From IMG/VR virus record IMGVR_UViG_3300032240_002285, positions 1 to 64,000 of that record: a stretch of 64,000 nucleotides of DNA. The stretch is one strand, 5' to 3'. The position numbers and the translations under genes were made by a program. Positions within the stretch are counted from its first letter, which is position 1; every line of letters starts with the position of its first letter. Below are positions 29,867 through 39,095 of this stretch, in pieces. The notes beneath the pieces are model-generated. The model worked only from the letters and a program-made list of their open reading frames with translations, ran no database searches and was not told the origin of the DNA. The DNA is from a virus.

Positions 29867-31369
29867 ATGTCAATCTTAAGGTCATACATAGATAAGAATA
29901 ATACTATCATATCAAATTCTTACGTCAACACGGGAAGAAACCCTGTTATTGAATTAAATTTTGGTGCATCAGATTACGTAGTACCTAACTACGGATTCAC
30001 AAGATTCATCTTTGAATTAGATTTAGCATTACTTAGAGAAAATATTACTTCAGGGGTAATTTCAACAGGGTGTACTTCGGCGATGACTCATACATTAAAA
30101 ATGACAAACACATCGTCATTTGATAATGAACTTTTAAATTCGTTTATGTCAAACAAAAGAAGACGAGCGACATCATTCGACCTAATTTTATTTAGAATCC
30201 CTCAGGCGTCAGGTACGACAGGTCCATCTCAACAATGGGATGAAGGAGTAGGTTACGATTACAATGATTTTAACTTAGCTCAGAATAGTGCCATAGGAGG
30301 TTCATCCCCTTTAACATATGTAGATAGTAGAGCATACTCTACAAGACCATCAAACTGGTACCAAACATCTACAATTTCAAATTGGACCCAACCAGGAATT
30401 TATGACAACAAAGACCAAGGAACTGTTAATTACTCAGGTCTAACGATTATTGCAAGACAACATTTTGAATTGGGTAATGAGGACATTAACATGGATATGT
30501 CGGATGAAATCAACGGTATTCTTAATGGTTCAATCACAGGTGTTACAGGATGGGGATTGGCTTATTTACCTCAAATTGAAAACTTGACAGGTTTAACTGA
30601 AAGTTATAGTGTGGCATTCTTTTCAAGACAAACACAAACATTCTATCAACCATATATGTTAACAAATTATGATGACATAATCAAAGACGATAGAAATGTA
30701 TTTCTAAAGAATCAAATAAATAAATTATACCTTTATGTTTATCAAAATGGTGACTTGGTTAATTTAGATTCTGACCCGTTTGTTAGAATTGAAGATAGAA
30801 ACGGGGATGCCGTTAGTGGTATGTCTTCATTAAACACATGTTTGAGAACCAAAGGAGTTTATGAAGTTGTTGTTCCCAACGGGTTTACAAATCAACCTAC
30901 ACCGTGTTTATTCTACGATGTATGGTCAGGATTAACAATTAGTGGACAAAGTCTTCCAAACGTAACAAATCAGTTTACCCTACAACCATATTCCGCGGGA
31001 ATTCAAATTGGTTCAGTATCTCAAGACCCTACCAAATTTGGTTTTGATTTCTATGGTATCTTACAAAACGAACAAATACTTAATTCCGACATAAGAAAAG
31101 TAGGGGTTACAATTAAGAAAGCCTACACAGGACAAGTACCATTACAAAATATTTCAGCATTCTATAGAGTGTATGTAAGAGAAGGTACGACAGAAGTTCA
31201 AGTTCAAGATTGGACTCCAATCAACAGAACTCCAAATGAATATTATTTTATCTTTGACATGAGAGATAAAATTCCAAATCAATATTATGTTGATATTCAA
31301 GTGAATACATCAGGTGAGAAAGACACCTATAAAAAACAATTAACATTTAATATCGTAAATAAAAAATGA
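29867..31369 (+). CDS. Virion structural protein (beta-rich, baseplate/tail region)
   Basis: 500 aa, N/T/G-rich, WDEGVG motif, late motif upstream. Confidence 0.65.
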   Translation: MSILRSYIDKNNTIISNSYVNTGRNPVIELNFGASDYVVPNYGFTRFIFELDLALLRENITSGVISTGCTSAMTHTLKMTNTSSFDNELLNSFMSNKRRRATSFDLILFRIPQASGTTGPSQQWDEGVGYDYNDFNLAQNSAIGGSSPLTYVDSRAYSTRPSNWYQTSTISNWTQPGIYDNKDQGTVNYSGLTIIARQHFELGNEDINMDMSDEINGILNGSITGVTGWGLAYLPQIENLTGLTESYSVAFFSRQTQTFYQPYMLTNYDDIIKDDRNVFLKNQINKLYLYVYQNGDLVNLDSDPFVRIEDRNGDAVSGMSSLNTCLRTKGVYEVVVPNGFTNQPTPCLFYDVWSGLTISGQSLPNVTNQFTLQPYSAGIQIGSVSQDPTKFGFDFYGILQNEQILNSDIRKVGVTIKKAYTGQVPLQNISAFYRVYVREGTTEVQVQDWTPINRTPNEYYFIFDMRDKIPNQYYVDIQVNTSGEKDTYKKQLTFNIVNKK

Positions 31370-31833
31370 CAAAGGTAGTAAAACTTACAGAACAAGATTT
31401 AAATAGACTTGTTAACAAAGTTCTTAAAGAACAAGATGAAGCGAATTATATGCTTTTTAGCAATTTAGAACAAATTAAAAGACAATGTGAAATGATGTTG
31501 GAAATGGACCCCCATATGATTGACCAGTTAATCAATAATGGACACGATTGGGCCGATGACCATATCACTGAAGCAAAGGTCAACATAGACCAAGTATTTG
31601 ATTTTTTCAAAAATGAATTTGCTAAAAAAGACGAATACGTAGATTACGAGGAAATGATGGCAGAAAGCAGAAAGAAAACAGGAACTCCACTTTGCGCTAG
31701 GGGAAAAGCTTCAGCGAAGGCAAAATTTAAAATTTACCCTAGTGCTTACGCAAATGGTCACGCTGTTCAAGTTTGTAAAGGTAAAATTAAAGGATTAGAC
31801 GGTAAGAAACACTGTTCAGGTGCTTATTGTTAA
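31366..31833 (+). CDS. Candidate head-internal protein with a KLTEQDL leader and a Cys/basic C-terminal domain
   Basis: MTKVVKLTEQDLNRLVNKVLKE; LCARGK...YPSAYANG...C. Confidence 0.75.
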   Translation: MTKVVKLTEQDLNRLVNKVLKEQDEANYMLFSNLEQIKRQCEMMLEMDPHMIDQLINNGHDWADDHITEAKVNIDQVFDFFKNEFAKKDEYVDYEEMMAESRKKTGTPLCARGKASAKAKFKIYPSAYANGHAVQVCKGKIKGLDGKKHCSGAYC

Positions 31834-31846
31834 TTAATAAAACGCT

Positions 31847-32545
31847 TTAAGGAATTCTATTATAATGTTCTCTTAAAGCGTTTTTTATTGTATCTCTAAG
31901 AGATTCATTTTTCGGCTCGTAGTGAGTCATTTTTGGTTGGTTGCCAGTACCACTTTTGGAATGTGTTTTTTCGGCTTTTCTTTTTTGTTGACACGCAGCT
32001 TTCTTTTGAGAATCGCTCATTTTACTTGCTACACCTGCAGCCCTACATTTAGGATATCCTTTATCACTAGCTTCAGGTCTACCACATGGCGGATGTTTAC
32101 CACCTTCTTTTTTACGACAAATATTGACCCATGGCCCCTTTGGTTGTGAACTGCCTTTTGGAGCTTTCTTTTTACCAAACCAAACTGCCAAATCCTCTTT
32201 AAGAAATCCAACGGCTTTGTCAATAACCTCATCAGGATTTTCAATGTCACCAATACTACTACCTTCGTCGTCGTTCTGACCAGTATAAAAACTTTTCAAG
32301 TATGTATCAATTTTAGATAATATTTCAGTTTTATCTTCAATTTTTGCTCTTTCTTCGGGAGACTCTTTATAATCGTCTCCACTAGCCTCTTCATATGCTA
32401 ATTCTGCATTGGTGTATTGATAAACAGGAATATTAAATGGCCCTAATTGGTCTTCAGTCCATGCTTGGGGTGCTAAAACAATTGGTACTTTAAAATGACC
32501 AGCACTTCCTGACCCTGTCGCTTCACTAATTCTTTTATTTTTCAT
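31847..32545 (-). CDS. Candidate head-internal protein with a Cys/basic domain
   Basis: RISE leader; EDLAVWF...WVNIC...PCGR...YPKCR; late motif at 32551-32558. Confidence 0.75.
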   Translation of the reverse strand: MKNKRISEATGSGSAGHFKVPIVLAPQAWTEDQLGPFNIPVYQYTNAELAYEEASGDDYKESPEERAKIEDKTEILSKIDTYLKSFYTGQNDDEGSSIGDIENPDEVIDKAVGFLKEDLAVWFGKKKAPKGSSQPKGPWVNICRKKEGGKHPPCGRPEASDKGYPKCRAAGVASKMSDSQKKAACQQKRKAEKTHSKSGTGNQPKMTHYEPKNESLRDTIKNALREHYNRIP

Positions 32546-32573
32546 ATTATTATAAATATATCAAAGAAACATT

Positions 32574-32798
32574 ATGTTACAAGAAAAAAAACCATTAGGA
32601 TTACTTTTTAATAGTGTTGCATATTATAAACCTGAAGATATTGAAATGATAGTTGACAACTTAAATTTTGACCAGGCATTTTATATGTTAATACAATCAT
32701 TAGAATATGCTCACCAACACAATGTGTATTCGTTACAAGAAGCAGAAATAATTTCAAAATCAATAAGAATATTAAATTCAAAAAAAACTGAAGAATAA
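32574..32798 (+). CDS. Hypothetical protein
   Basis: 74-aa ORF followed by a terminator. Confidence 0.6.
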   Translation: MLQEKKPLGLLFNSVAYYKPEDIEMIVDNLNFDQAFYMLIQSLEYAHQHNVYSLQEAEIISKSIRILNSKKTEE

Positions 32799-32827
32799 AA
32801 AAAGGGACAATTACTTGTCCCTTTTTT
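32797..32827. terminator. Bidirectional intrinsic terminator
   Basis: A-tract GGGACAA ttac TTGTCCC T-tract between convergent genes. Confidence 0.85.
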
Positions 32828-32847
32828 ACTATCATCAAGAATATTGA

Positions 32848-34653
32848 TTATCTCAATTCTCTTAAGTCGAAAGTTCTAACACCATCAACTGTGATACGTC
32901 CGTAGAATCTGTTATTAACCATTTTCTTAGCGTATCTAGTCATGATACCTTTGATTGGTGTAAAGTTAAACGGATTGTACATCGTTGGTGTTAATTGTAA
33001 TGGTACGTATGGTGCGTAAATGTAACCAGTATCTAATAAAGATGTACCTTTGTGACCTAATAACACTTGGTTAGCAGGGAAGTAAGGGTCTCTATAAACT
33101 TGGTAACGACCAGCTAAAGTACCTACTCTTTCAATACCCATGTTATATTGGTCTTGCTCAGGAGCTGCGTTTGATACGTGGAAGTACTCCAAGTCATCAA
33201 AGATAGCACTGATTTCAGAAGAAACAACAATCCAGTTAGCTCCACCTCTTAAAGTAGACTTGTGGATTTGAGCTGAAATTTGGTTGATAGCTGTAATTAA
33301 AGTTTGATTCCAGTCTTTTTGAGTATAAGGTTGTGCTTGACCACCTAGTCTCTTCCAACCATTGTAATCCCAACGTAAGTTCCATGCTGCACCTTTACGT
33401 AAATCTCTTAAGATTTCACGGTCAATTTCTGCAGCAACTTGTTCAGATAATAAAGCTGTTAATTCAGCTTCAGCATCAATATTATGGAATGCTGCAACGT
33501 CTTGTGCCATTTCTGGAGACCATTGAGCTCTTAATTTTCTTTCAGTTACAGAAACTGTTACTGACATTAAATCAAATGAAACTTCACCGATTTTATCTTC
33601 AAATTCTAAGTTTTTGTAGATTCTATAAGTAGCTGTAAACGCTTGGTTTACTGCTGTTGTAGAAGCAAATGTAGAACCTGTGTAACCGTCCATAGAACCA
33701 CCACAAGTAATACATACTGGTACTTGTAAATCAACCTCTAAGTAAATTTTACCTTGAGCATCACAGATGTTGTCATATTGACCACCATCAGTTTTACTGT
33801 TAGGGAATACTAATGTTGCGTTGTTATCACCGTATTGAACAATACCTTTACCATATCTTTGAGTTACAACTCTGAATAAATAATTGTTAGATGTGTTAGC
33901 TGAAGTATAAATGTTTCCAGCAGCTCCACGAACTGTCAAATCAGATAAGAAAGCTTCGTTGTCCATAGGTTGACCATCTGGACCAATCAATTTACCTGCT
34001 CCGTCAGAAGCGAAACCAGACATTACGATAAGAACTTTTCTATAGTCTGATAAAGAGTAAGCTGAAACAACTAATTGGTCAGCTAACCAAGCTACAGTAG
34101 CAACATCTGCAGTGATAGCAGAATATTGTCCCTTAGAATAATCAAATAATCCTGGTGGGTCTAAAGCTGGTTCGTTACCTTCGTAGAATCTATCGTAAAG
34201 GTCTTTAGTGTTATTGTAATCATAACCACTGTTTGGAGTTTGGTCCGCGTTAGCGTTCGGTGAACCGTACGGTGCGTAGTGTGCTCCACTATTTGCGTTA
34301 GAAAACGCTGGGTCGTATGACTGAATGTTTGGTACAAAGTAGAATAATTTACCGATAGGTAAATTCATAGCTTGTACAGAAACGATATCATTCGCTAATA
34401 ATTTAGAGAATACACGTCTAACAATTGGGAAAACAACTGTTTCAAATGCACCTGTGTCAGATGTAGATGATGCTTCGTTAATCAAATACGATGCTTGGTT
34501 TTCATATAATTGTGCAACGTTTTCTCTCATGTGACCTTTAAGACCCTCTAAGAATCCTAATTTGTCCCACTTACTAATTGTGTCTTCTTTGATAACCTTA
34601 AGGTGCTTAAGACCGATGTTACCTACAAGACCTGATTCTAATAATGCTCCCAT
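32848..34653 (-). CDS. gp23: Major capsid protein (T4 gp23-like)
   Basis: VSVQAMNLPIGKLFY, RKLRAQWSPEMAQD, EIDREI, YAPYVPL, GIMTRYA. Confidence 0.97.
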   Translation of the reverse strand: MGALLESGLVGNIGLKHLKVIKEDTISKWDKLGFLEGLKGHMRENVAQLYENQASYLINEASSTSDTGAFETVVFPIVRRVFSKLLANDIVSVQAMNLPIGKLFYFVPNIQSYDPAFSNANSGAHYAPYGSPNANADQTPNSGYDYNNTKDLYDRFYEGNEPALDPPGLFDYSKGQYSAITADVATVAWLADQLVVSAYSLSDYRKVLIVMSGFASDGAGKLIGPDGQPMDNEAFLSDLTVRGAAGNIYTSANTSNNYLFRVVTQRYGKGIVQYGDNNATLVFPNSKTDGGQYDNICDAQGKIYLEVDLQVPVCITCGGSMDGYTGSTFASTTAVNQAFTATYRIYKNLEFEDKIGEVSFDLMSVTVSVTERKLRAQWSPEMAQDVAAFHNIDAEAELTALLSEQVAAEIDREILRDLRKGAAWNLRWDYNGWKRLGGQAQPYTQKDWNQTLITAINQISAQIHKSTLRGGANWIVVSSEISAIFDDLEYFHVSNAAPEQDQYNMGIERVGTLAGRYQVYRDPYFPANQVLLGHKGTSLLDTGYIYAPYVPLQLTPTMYNPFNFTPIKGIMTRYAKKMVNNRFYGRITVDGVRTFDLRELR

Positions 34654-34696
34654 TTTTTAGTATAGTTTGTTTTTAAGTTTTATTTTATTTTTTACT

Positions 34697-36220
34697 TTAT
34701 TGTAACTTACTCATTAAGTCCTTCATTCTCATGAACTGAGGATTCTCATAAGTTTTAGATTCAATTAAAGTAGTAGATGAACCTGTAGAAACTGTGTTAT
34801 TAATTTTTTGTCCTACCGACTCATTTATTGATTTTGAGTCAATCTTAGTTAATTCTTCTTTGATTGATTTATAAAGACCTTTTGATTCTTTAAGTGTCTC
34901 AACATCGTCAAATCTTCTAAGAATGTTAATTTTTTCTTTTTTAGTTGTAGAGTGTTCAGTGAACAATCTAGTTGCGTAAGCTAAGTTAGAGTTGAATATA
35001 GCAACTTCCGTTAATTTTTCTCTGAAAACATTTAACGCTTTTCTATACTCTTCATTTTTTTCTCTTAACATAGAAACTTCCGCTTCTAAAGATTCAACAG
35101 TTACACCGTTATTTCCATAAACATAGTTTCTGTTGTTTGTAATGCCCTTTCTTAATCCTCTACCTTCTTTGGAACCACTTCCATAAGTTCTTGCAGCTTC
35201 TTTTGTTTCTTCTTTTTCAAACGCTTTTCTTTTTAAAGTATCACCTTTTTTAGTAGTGTAATCTTCATCATCTTTGTGAGTCTTAGATTTGTCACCCTTA
35301 TTCATTCCGTAATCACCCTCTTTTGTTTCAGCTTTAACAACTTTAGATTTACCTTCCATGTTAGCACCTTTCTTGTATTCAAATTTAGCTTTACCAGTAC
35401 CAACTGCCTTTGGACCTTCTTTTTTGTCCTCGTCAAATCCTCCTTTAGCCTTATTGTCATAAGAGAATTTTGGTCCTTTACCAATTCCAACACCTTTAGG
35501 TTTTACCGAAGATTTTGATTCATTAGTGAAATATTCTTCCTCTAATTCTTCTTCCATTTCTTCGTACATTTCTTCGTCCATTTCTTCATCCAATTCTTCT
35601 TCCTCATCTTCGTCTAATGAAATCTCATAAACAACTTCTTCGTCGTCTTCTTGTTCTTCCATTTCAGATTCGTATTTAGGAGAATTTATTCCTGACATAT
35701 TACCATCAAAAATTGCTTTGATAACCTCGTCAACTGATTCATCTGAATCGTCAGCGTAATCCATTTCATTCATTGTTTCTTCCTCTTCTTCTGATTCACC
35801 AAGTTTAACAAGATATTCTACATCGTTATTATCATCTGATAAATGAATTTCGTTACCATCTTTTTTAACGATGATTCCGTCATCTTCACCCATCGCTTTA
35901 AATACTTTCAGAATTTCTTCGTCAGTAGCGTCAGTTAAATCTATTGGACTGTCAGAGTCAATGTTCATGTCCATATCAATGTTCATTCCCATATCGTCAT
36001 TATCAACCGCATCTCCTTCATCACCTAATGATGGGATAGCAGCATCTATTTCAACCTCATCTTCTTCATTTTCTTGTTCAGATAGAGATTCTTTTACTAA
36101 TTGATTGATTTCTTCCTTCATTGTTGAAGCAAGTATTCCTTTTGCATTTTCGGCAATTGCCTCTTCAACGTTTTTCATTTGAATGAGTGCCTCTTGTACT
36201 AATGATTTATTTTCTTGCAT
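34697..36220 (-). CDS. Prohead core/scaffold protein (gp22-like position)
   Basis: Acidic coiled coil immediately upstream of the capsid gene; late motif at 36244-36251. Confidence 0.8.
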   Translation of the reverse strand: MQENKSLVQEALIQMKNVEEAIAENAKGILASTMKEEINQLVKESLSEQENEEDEVEIDAAIPSLGDEGDAVDNDDMGMNIDMDMNIDSDSPIDLTDATDEEILKVFKAMGEDDGIIVKKDGNEIHLSDDNNDVEYLVKLGESEEEEETMNEMDYADDSDESVDEVIKAIFDGNMSGINSPKYESEMEEQEDDEEVVYEISLDEDEEEELDEEMDEEMYEEMEEELEEEYFTNESKSSVKPKGVGIGKGPKFSYDNKAKGGFDEDKKEGPKAVGTGKAKFEYKKGANMEGKSKVVKAETKEGDYGMNKGDKSKTHKDDEDYTTKKGDTLKRKAFEKEETKEAARTYGSGSKEGRGLRKGITNNRNYVYGNNGVTVESLEAEVSMLREKNEEYRKALNVFREKLTEVAIFNSNLAYATRLFTEHSTTKKEKINILRRFDDVETLKESKGLYKSIKEELTKIDSKSINESVGQKINNTVSTGSSTTLIESKTYENPQFMRMKDLMSKLQ

Positions 36221-36243
36221 GAAAAATTATTTTTTTTATACCT

Positions 36244-36251
36244 TATAAATA
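36244..36251 (-). promoter_or_regulatory. Late promoter motif for the scaffold-capsid operon
   Basis: TATAAATA on + reads TATTTATA on the coding strand. Confidence 0.75.
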
Positions 36252-36277
36252 GTATCAAAATTCAAAAAGTTTATTTT

Positions 36278-36607
36278 TTAGATGGCAATAAACGACCTTT
36301 TTTGATATTGAATGCTTACAACATCTTTATTTGGTTGGTTTTGAGCCCAAGTTGATGAATTATCAAATGTATCGTAAATGATATTATTTGAAGTTTGTGG
36401 TGATGTTATGTCTTTCAATATTATTTGATATAACCCACTCAATGATGTGTCATTTAAAATAATATTATCAACATTTAATAAGTTGATACTTTGAATTTCT
36501 TTTTCAGTACCTTCAGCGTAGGCTAAACAATTTGACCATGATGAACCACTTACGATAAGTAAGTCAATAGATGAATCAATATTCTTAAGAGATAAATTAA
36601 ATAACAT
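36278..36607 (-). CDS. Hypothetical late protein
   Basis: 109-aa ORF; late motif at 36624-36630. Confidence 0.65.
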   Translation of the reverse strand: MLFNLSLKNIDSSIDLLIVSGSSWSNCLAYAEGTEKEIQSINLLNVDNIILNDTSLSGLYQIILKDITSPQTSNNIIYDTFDNSSTWAQNQPNKDVVSIQYQKRSFIAI

Positions 36608-36639
36608 ATTTTTTGTGTTTACAATAAATATGTTGAAAC

Positions 36640-36667
36640 AAAAAAAAAGTGGTCAGAGACCACTTTC
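36640..36667 (-). terminator. Intrinsic terminator
   Basis: AAAGTGGTC aga GACCACTTT hairpin with a T-tract on the - strand. Confidence 0.8.
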
Positions 36668-36671
36668 ATAA

Positions 36672-36881
36672 CTATTCAATAACTTCGTCAATCTTACTTT
36701 CAGAAACTGAAGTAATTCTCCAATCGTGTGTAAAACCTTCATACTTTTTTGTGACTTTAGCTTCAACATCTGTCACGGAGTAACCTTTAACAAGTTTTTC
36801 CTCTCTAATTTTTTTAATCTTTCCTGAATTTTCGTCAGGTAAATCATACTGAACTTTTGCTACAAAATATTTTTCTTCCAT
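36672..36881 (-). CDS. DUF4494-like small protein
   Basis: YFVAKVQY...GKIKKIREEKLV...SVTDVEAKV...SKIDEV. Confidence 0.65.
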   Translation of the reverse strand: MEEKYFVAKVQYDLPDENSGKIKKIREEKLVKGYSVTDVEAKVTKKYEGFTHDWRITSVSESKIDEVIE

Positions 36882-36890
36882 TTTTTTATT

Positions 36891-37610
36891 TTATTTTCCT
36901 AAATAATCGTTCAATTTTTTCATTAAGTCAAGGGATTTATTTGATGAAGTATCCATTGATTGTTTTATCTTTTTTTCTTCATCTAAATTTTCTTCATATT
37001 TTCCTCTGTCTTCAGGGTTTGAAAATAAATAAGCACCAGGTGTTGAAGGCGAAGACACTAAGTCAAAACAAATTAATTCAAAATCATCTTGTACTTCATT
37101 TCTTTCCCCAACTTTTTTTAATGAACCAACTCCTCTTGATGAAACTCCCATAGTTACTCCTTGTCTCATTAAATTAGCTGCTTGGTCTCCTTTTGTTGAA
37201 ACAATTCCACTTTCATGAAATCCTGGTGAAGTTAATAGTTTGAGTTTACCCATCAATATATTTTTATCCCACCATATATCAGTGATAATATGAGATACTC
37301 TGTCTAAGTCAATCAATGACGACTCAGGGTGGTTAAGTTCTGATGTTGATAAACCTTTAGCAATAGCCTTCTTATAATTGTCAGCTTCTCTTTTTAAAAT
37401 TCTTTCAGGGTAGAATCTACCGTTTCTATTTGGGGTGTCATACTTTTGTAAAACCGCATAGAATTCAAAAGGATTTCTATAATCAAGTGTCGCAGCCTCT
37501 TTTAGAATTTCAAAATTACGATGGTCTTTAGGCGATACCAAACCAGCATCCATTTCAATTAATATTCCGTGACCTAATTCGTTGGCCTCTAAGATTCTTA
37601 AATTTTTCAT
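36891..37610 (-). CDS. gp21: Prohead protease (T4 gp21-like)
   Basis: NRNGRFYP, ELNHP, GVSSRGVGS, FDLVSSPSTPGAY. Confidence 0.92.
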   Translation of the reverse strand: MKNLRILEANELGHGILIEMDAGLVSPKDHRNFEILKEAATLDYRNPFEFYAVLQKYDTPNRNGRFYPERILKREADNYKKAIAKGLSTSELNHPESSLIDLDRVSHIITDIWWDKNILMGKLKLLTSPGFHESGIVSTKGDQAANLMRQGVTMGVSSRGVGSLKKVGERNEVQDDFELICFDLVSSPSTPGAYLFSNPEDRGKYEENLDEEKKIKQSMDTSSNKSLDLMKKLNDYLGK

Positions 37611-37651
37611 TAATTCTTTTTTAAGATAAATATACCAAAAGAGTATCTTTA

Positions 37652-38089
37652 TTAGATTTCCTCATTTTTTGAAATTGAAAAATTAAAATATTTGTTATTT
37701 TCAACCGCGTTATTGAATATATTTTTAATAATAATTTTGACAGATTCTTTAATTTCTTGGGATTTAAAGTCAATTTCTTGATTTGTGTATAAATTAACTT
37801 CAAGATTTAAAAATGATTTTTTACCATAAGATAAACCACTTGTTCTTAAATCTAAGTCAATAATACTTCTTTCTTTGAATATTGACATATCAATAGAATT
37901 GAATACTGATGTTTTAATGTCTCTGTTTAAACTTGACACAACTCGGTTCCAATTATCATACTCTTTTTTTGGTGTTACCCAAGATTGAATATTTATATAG
38001 AGTGATTTTAAATTTTTTGAATCTACAGTCCCATATACCGATTTAATTGGATTATATAGATTTAATTTTACGCTTTTACCTTTTTTCAT
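37652..38089 (-). CDS. Hypothetical protein
   Basis: 145-aa ORF; TTTG-N20-TATTTTTT upstream. Confidence 0.75.
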   Translation of the reverse strand: MKKGKSVKLNLYNPIKSVYGTVDSKNLKSLYINIQSWVTPKKEYDNWNRVVSSLNRDIKTSVFNSIDMSIFKERSIIDLDLRTSGLSYGKKSFLNLEVNLYTNQEIDFKSQEIKESVKIIIKNIFNNAVENNKYFNFSISKNEEI

Positions 38090-38188
38090 TAACCTTTACA
38101 TTGGTAATCATTTATTATATATGTAAAAAATAACACATTTTATAACGATTGTCAAAAATTTTGTAAAAATTATAGATATTTGTATTAT

Positions 38189-38374
38189 ATGTTAATAGTA
38201 GAAATTAAAAATAACGAGAGTATTGAAAGAGCCTTAAAGACTTTAAAATCTAAAGTTATCAAGACTAAGCAAAATCAAATACTTTTTGAAAGAAAACAGT
38301 TTGTTAAGAAATCACTGACAAAAAGAGTGAAAAAATTAAAAGCTATCTACAAACAAAAATTAAATAACGATTAA
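38189..38374 (+). CDS. rpsU: Ribosomal protein bS21 (phage-encoded, Bacteroidota type)
   Basis: MLIVEIKNNESIERALKTLKSKV...ERKQFVKKS...KAIYKQ; ATG at 38189. Confidence 0.9.
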   Translation: MLIVEIKNNESIERALKTLKSKVIKTKQNQILFERKQFVKKSLTKRVKKLKAIYKQKLNND

Positions 38375-39069
38375 AGAGACTCCTCTAAATTTTTTATTTT
38401 TAAAAAATTCATTTGGTCAAACTTCTCGTTTTTAATTCTATCAATTGTTTCTGATAACTTTGTCTTCATTTCAAACTCATCTTCTTTTTCTAAAATTGTT
38501 TGAAGCTTAGATACTGCGCTCTCACGGATAGTTTCAAACTTAGTTTCAAGTGAAGCGGTATCTTCTGAAATGATTAAGAAAAATTCTTTTTTAGAATTCT
38601 CATCAAGAGTATCAATGTAATTCTTTAATGTTTGGTTAGCAATACTAACCATAGATTTTAATGGAATGTTAATAGATTCCTTTATAGTACGATTAGTTGA
38701 CGTTAACAATTTAATAATATTCTTTTTTGAATTAATTCTCTCGTGTATATCCAATTTATTTAGATAAACAATAGAATCAATGTCAGAATATTTATTTTCA
38801 ACATTTTCGGATAATGTTGATGGCAATTTAATACTTGGTAATAATTTTTGAATTAAATTAATACCTTCTTCTAAAAAATCTTTAGCGTCGGATTCGGATA
38901 AACTTTGGGGTGTACTTAACTGGTCGTACAAAGAATATATCTTTGACATAGTTTTATTACTCAAAACATTATGCTTGAATTCTTTAAGTGACTTTTTGAA
39001 ATCTTTTTCATTTTGATAAGATTCAATTAAGCTGTTTTCTATTATGGATTTGATTTGTCCGAACGTCAT
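38371..39069 (-). CDS. Hypothetical head-module protein
   Basis: 232 aa, helical; late motif at 39088-39095. Confidence 0.75.
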   Translation of the reverse strand: MTFGQIKSIIENSLIESYQNEKDFKKSLKEFKHNVLSNKTMSKIYSLYDQLSTPQSLSESDAKDFLEEGINLIQKLLPSIKLPSTLSENVENKYSDIDSIVYLNKLDIHERINSKKNIIKLLTSTNRTIKESINIPLKSMVSIANQTLKNYIDTLDENSKKEFFLIISEDTASLETKFETIRESAVSKLQTILEKEDEFEMKTKLSETIDRIKNEKFDQMNFLKIKNLEESL

Positions 39070-39095
39070 TTATAAAGGTATTTTGAATATAAATA

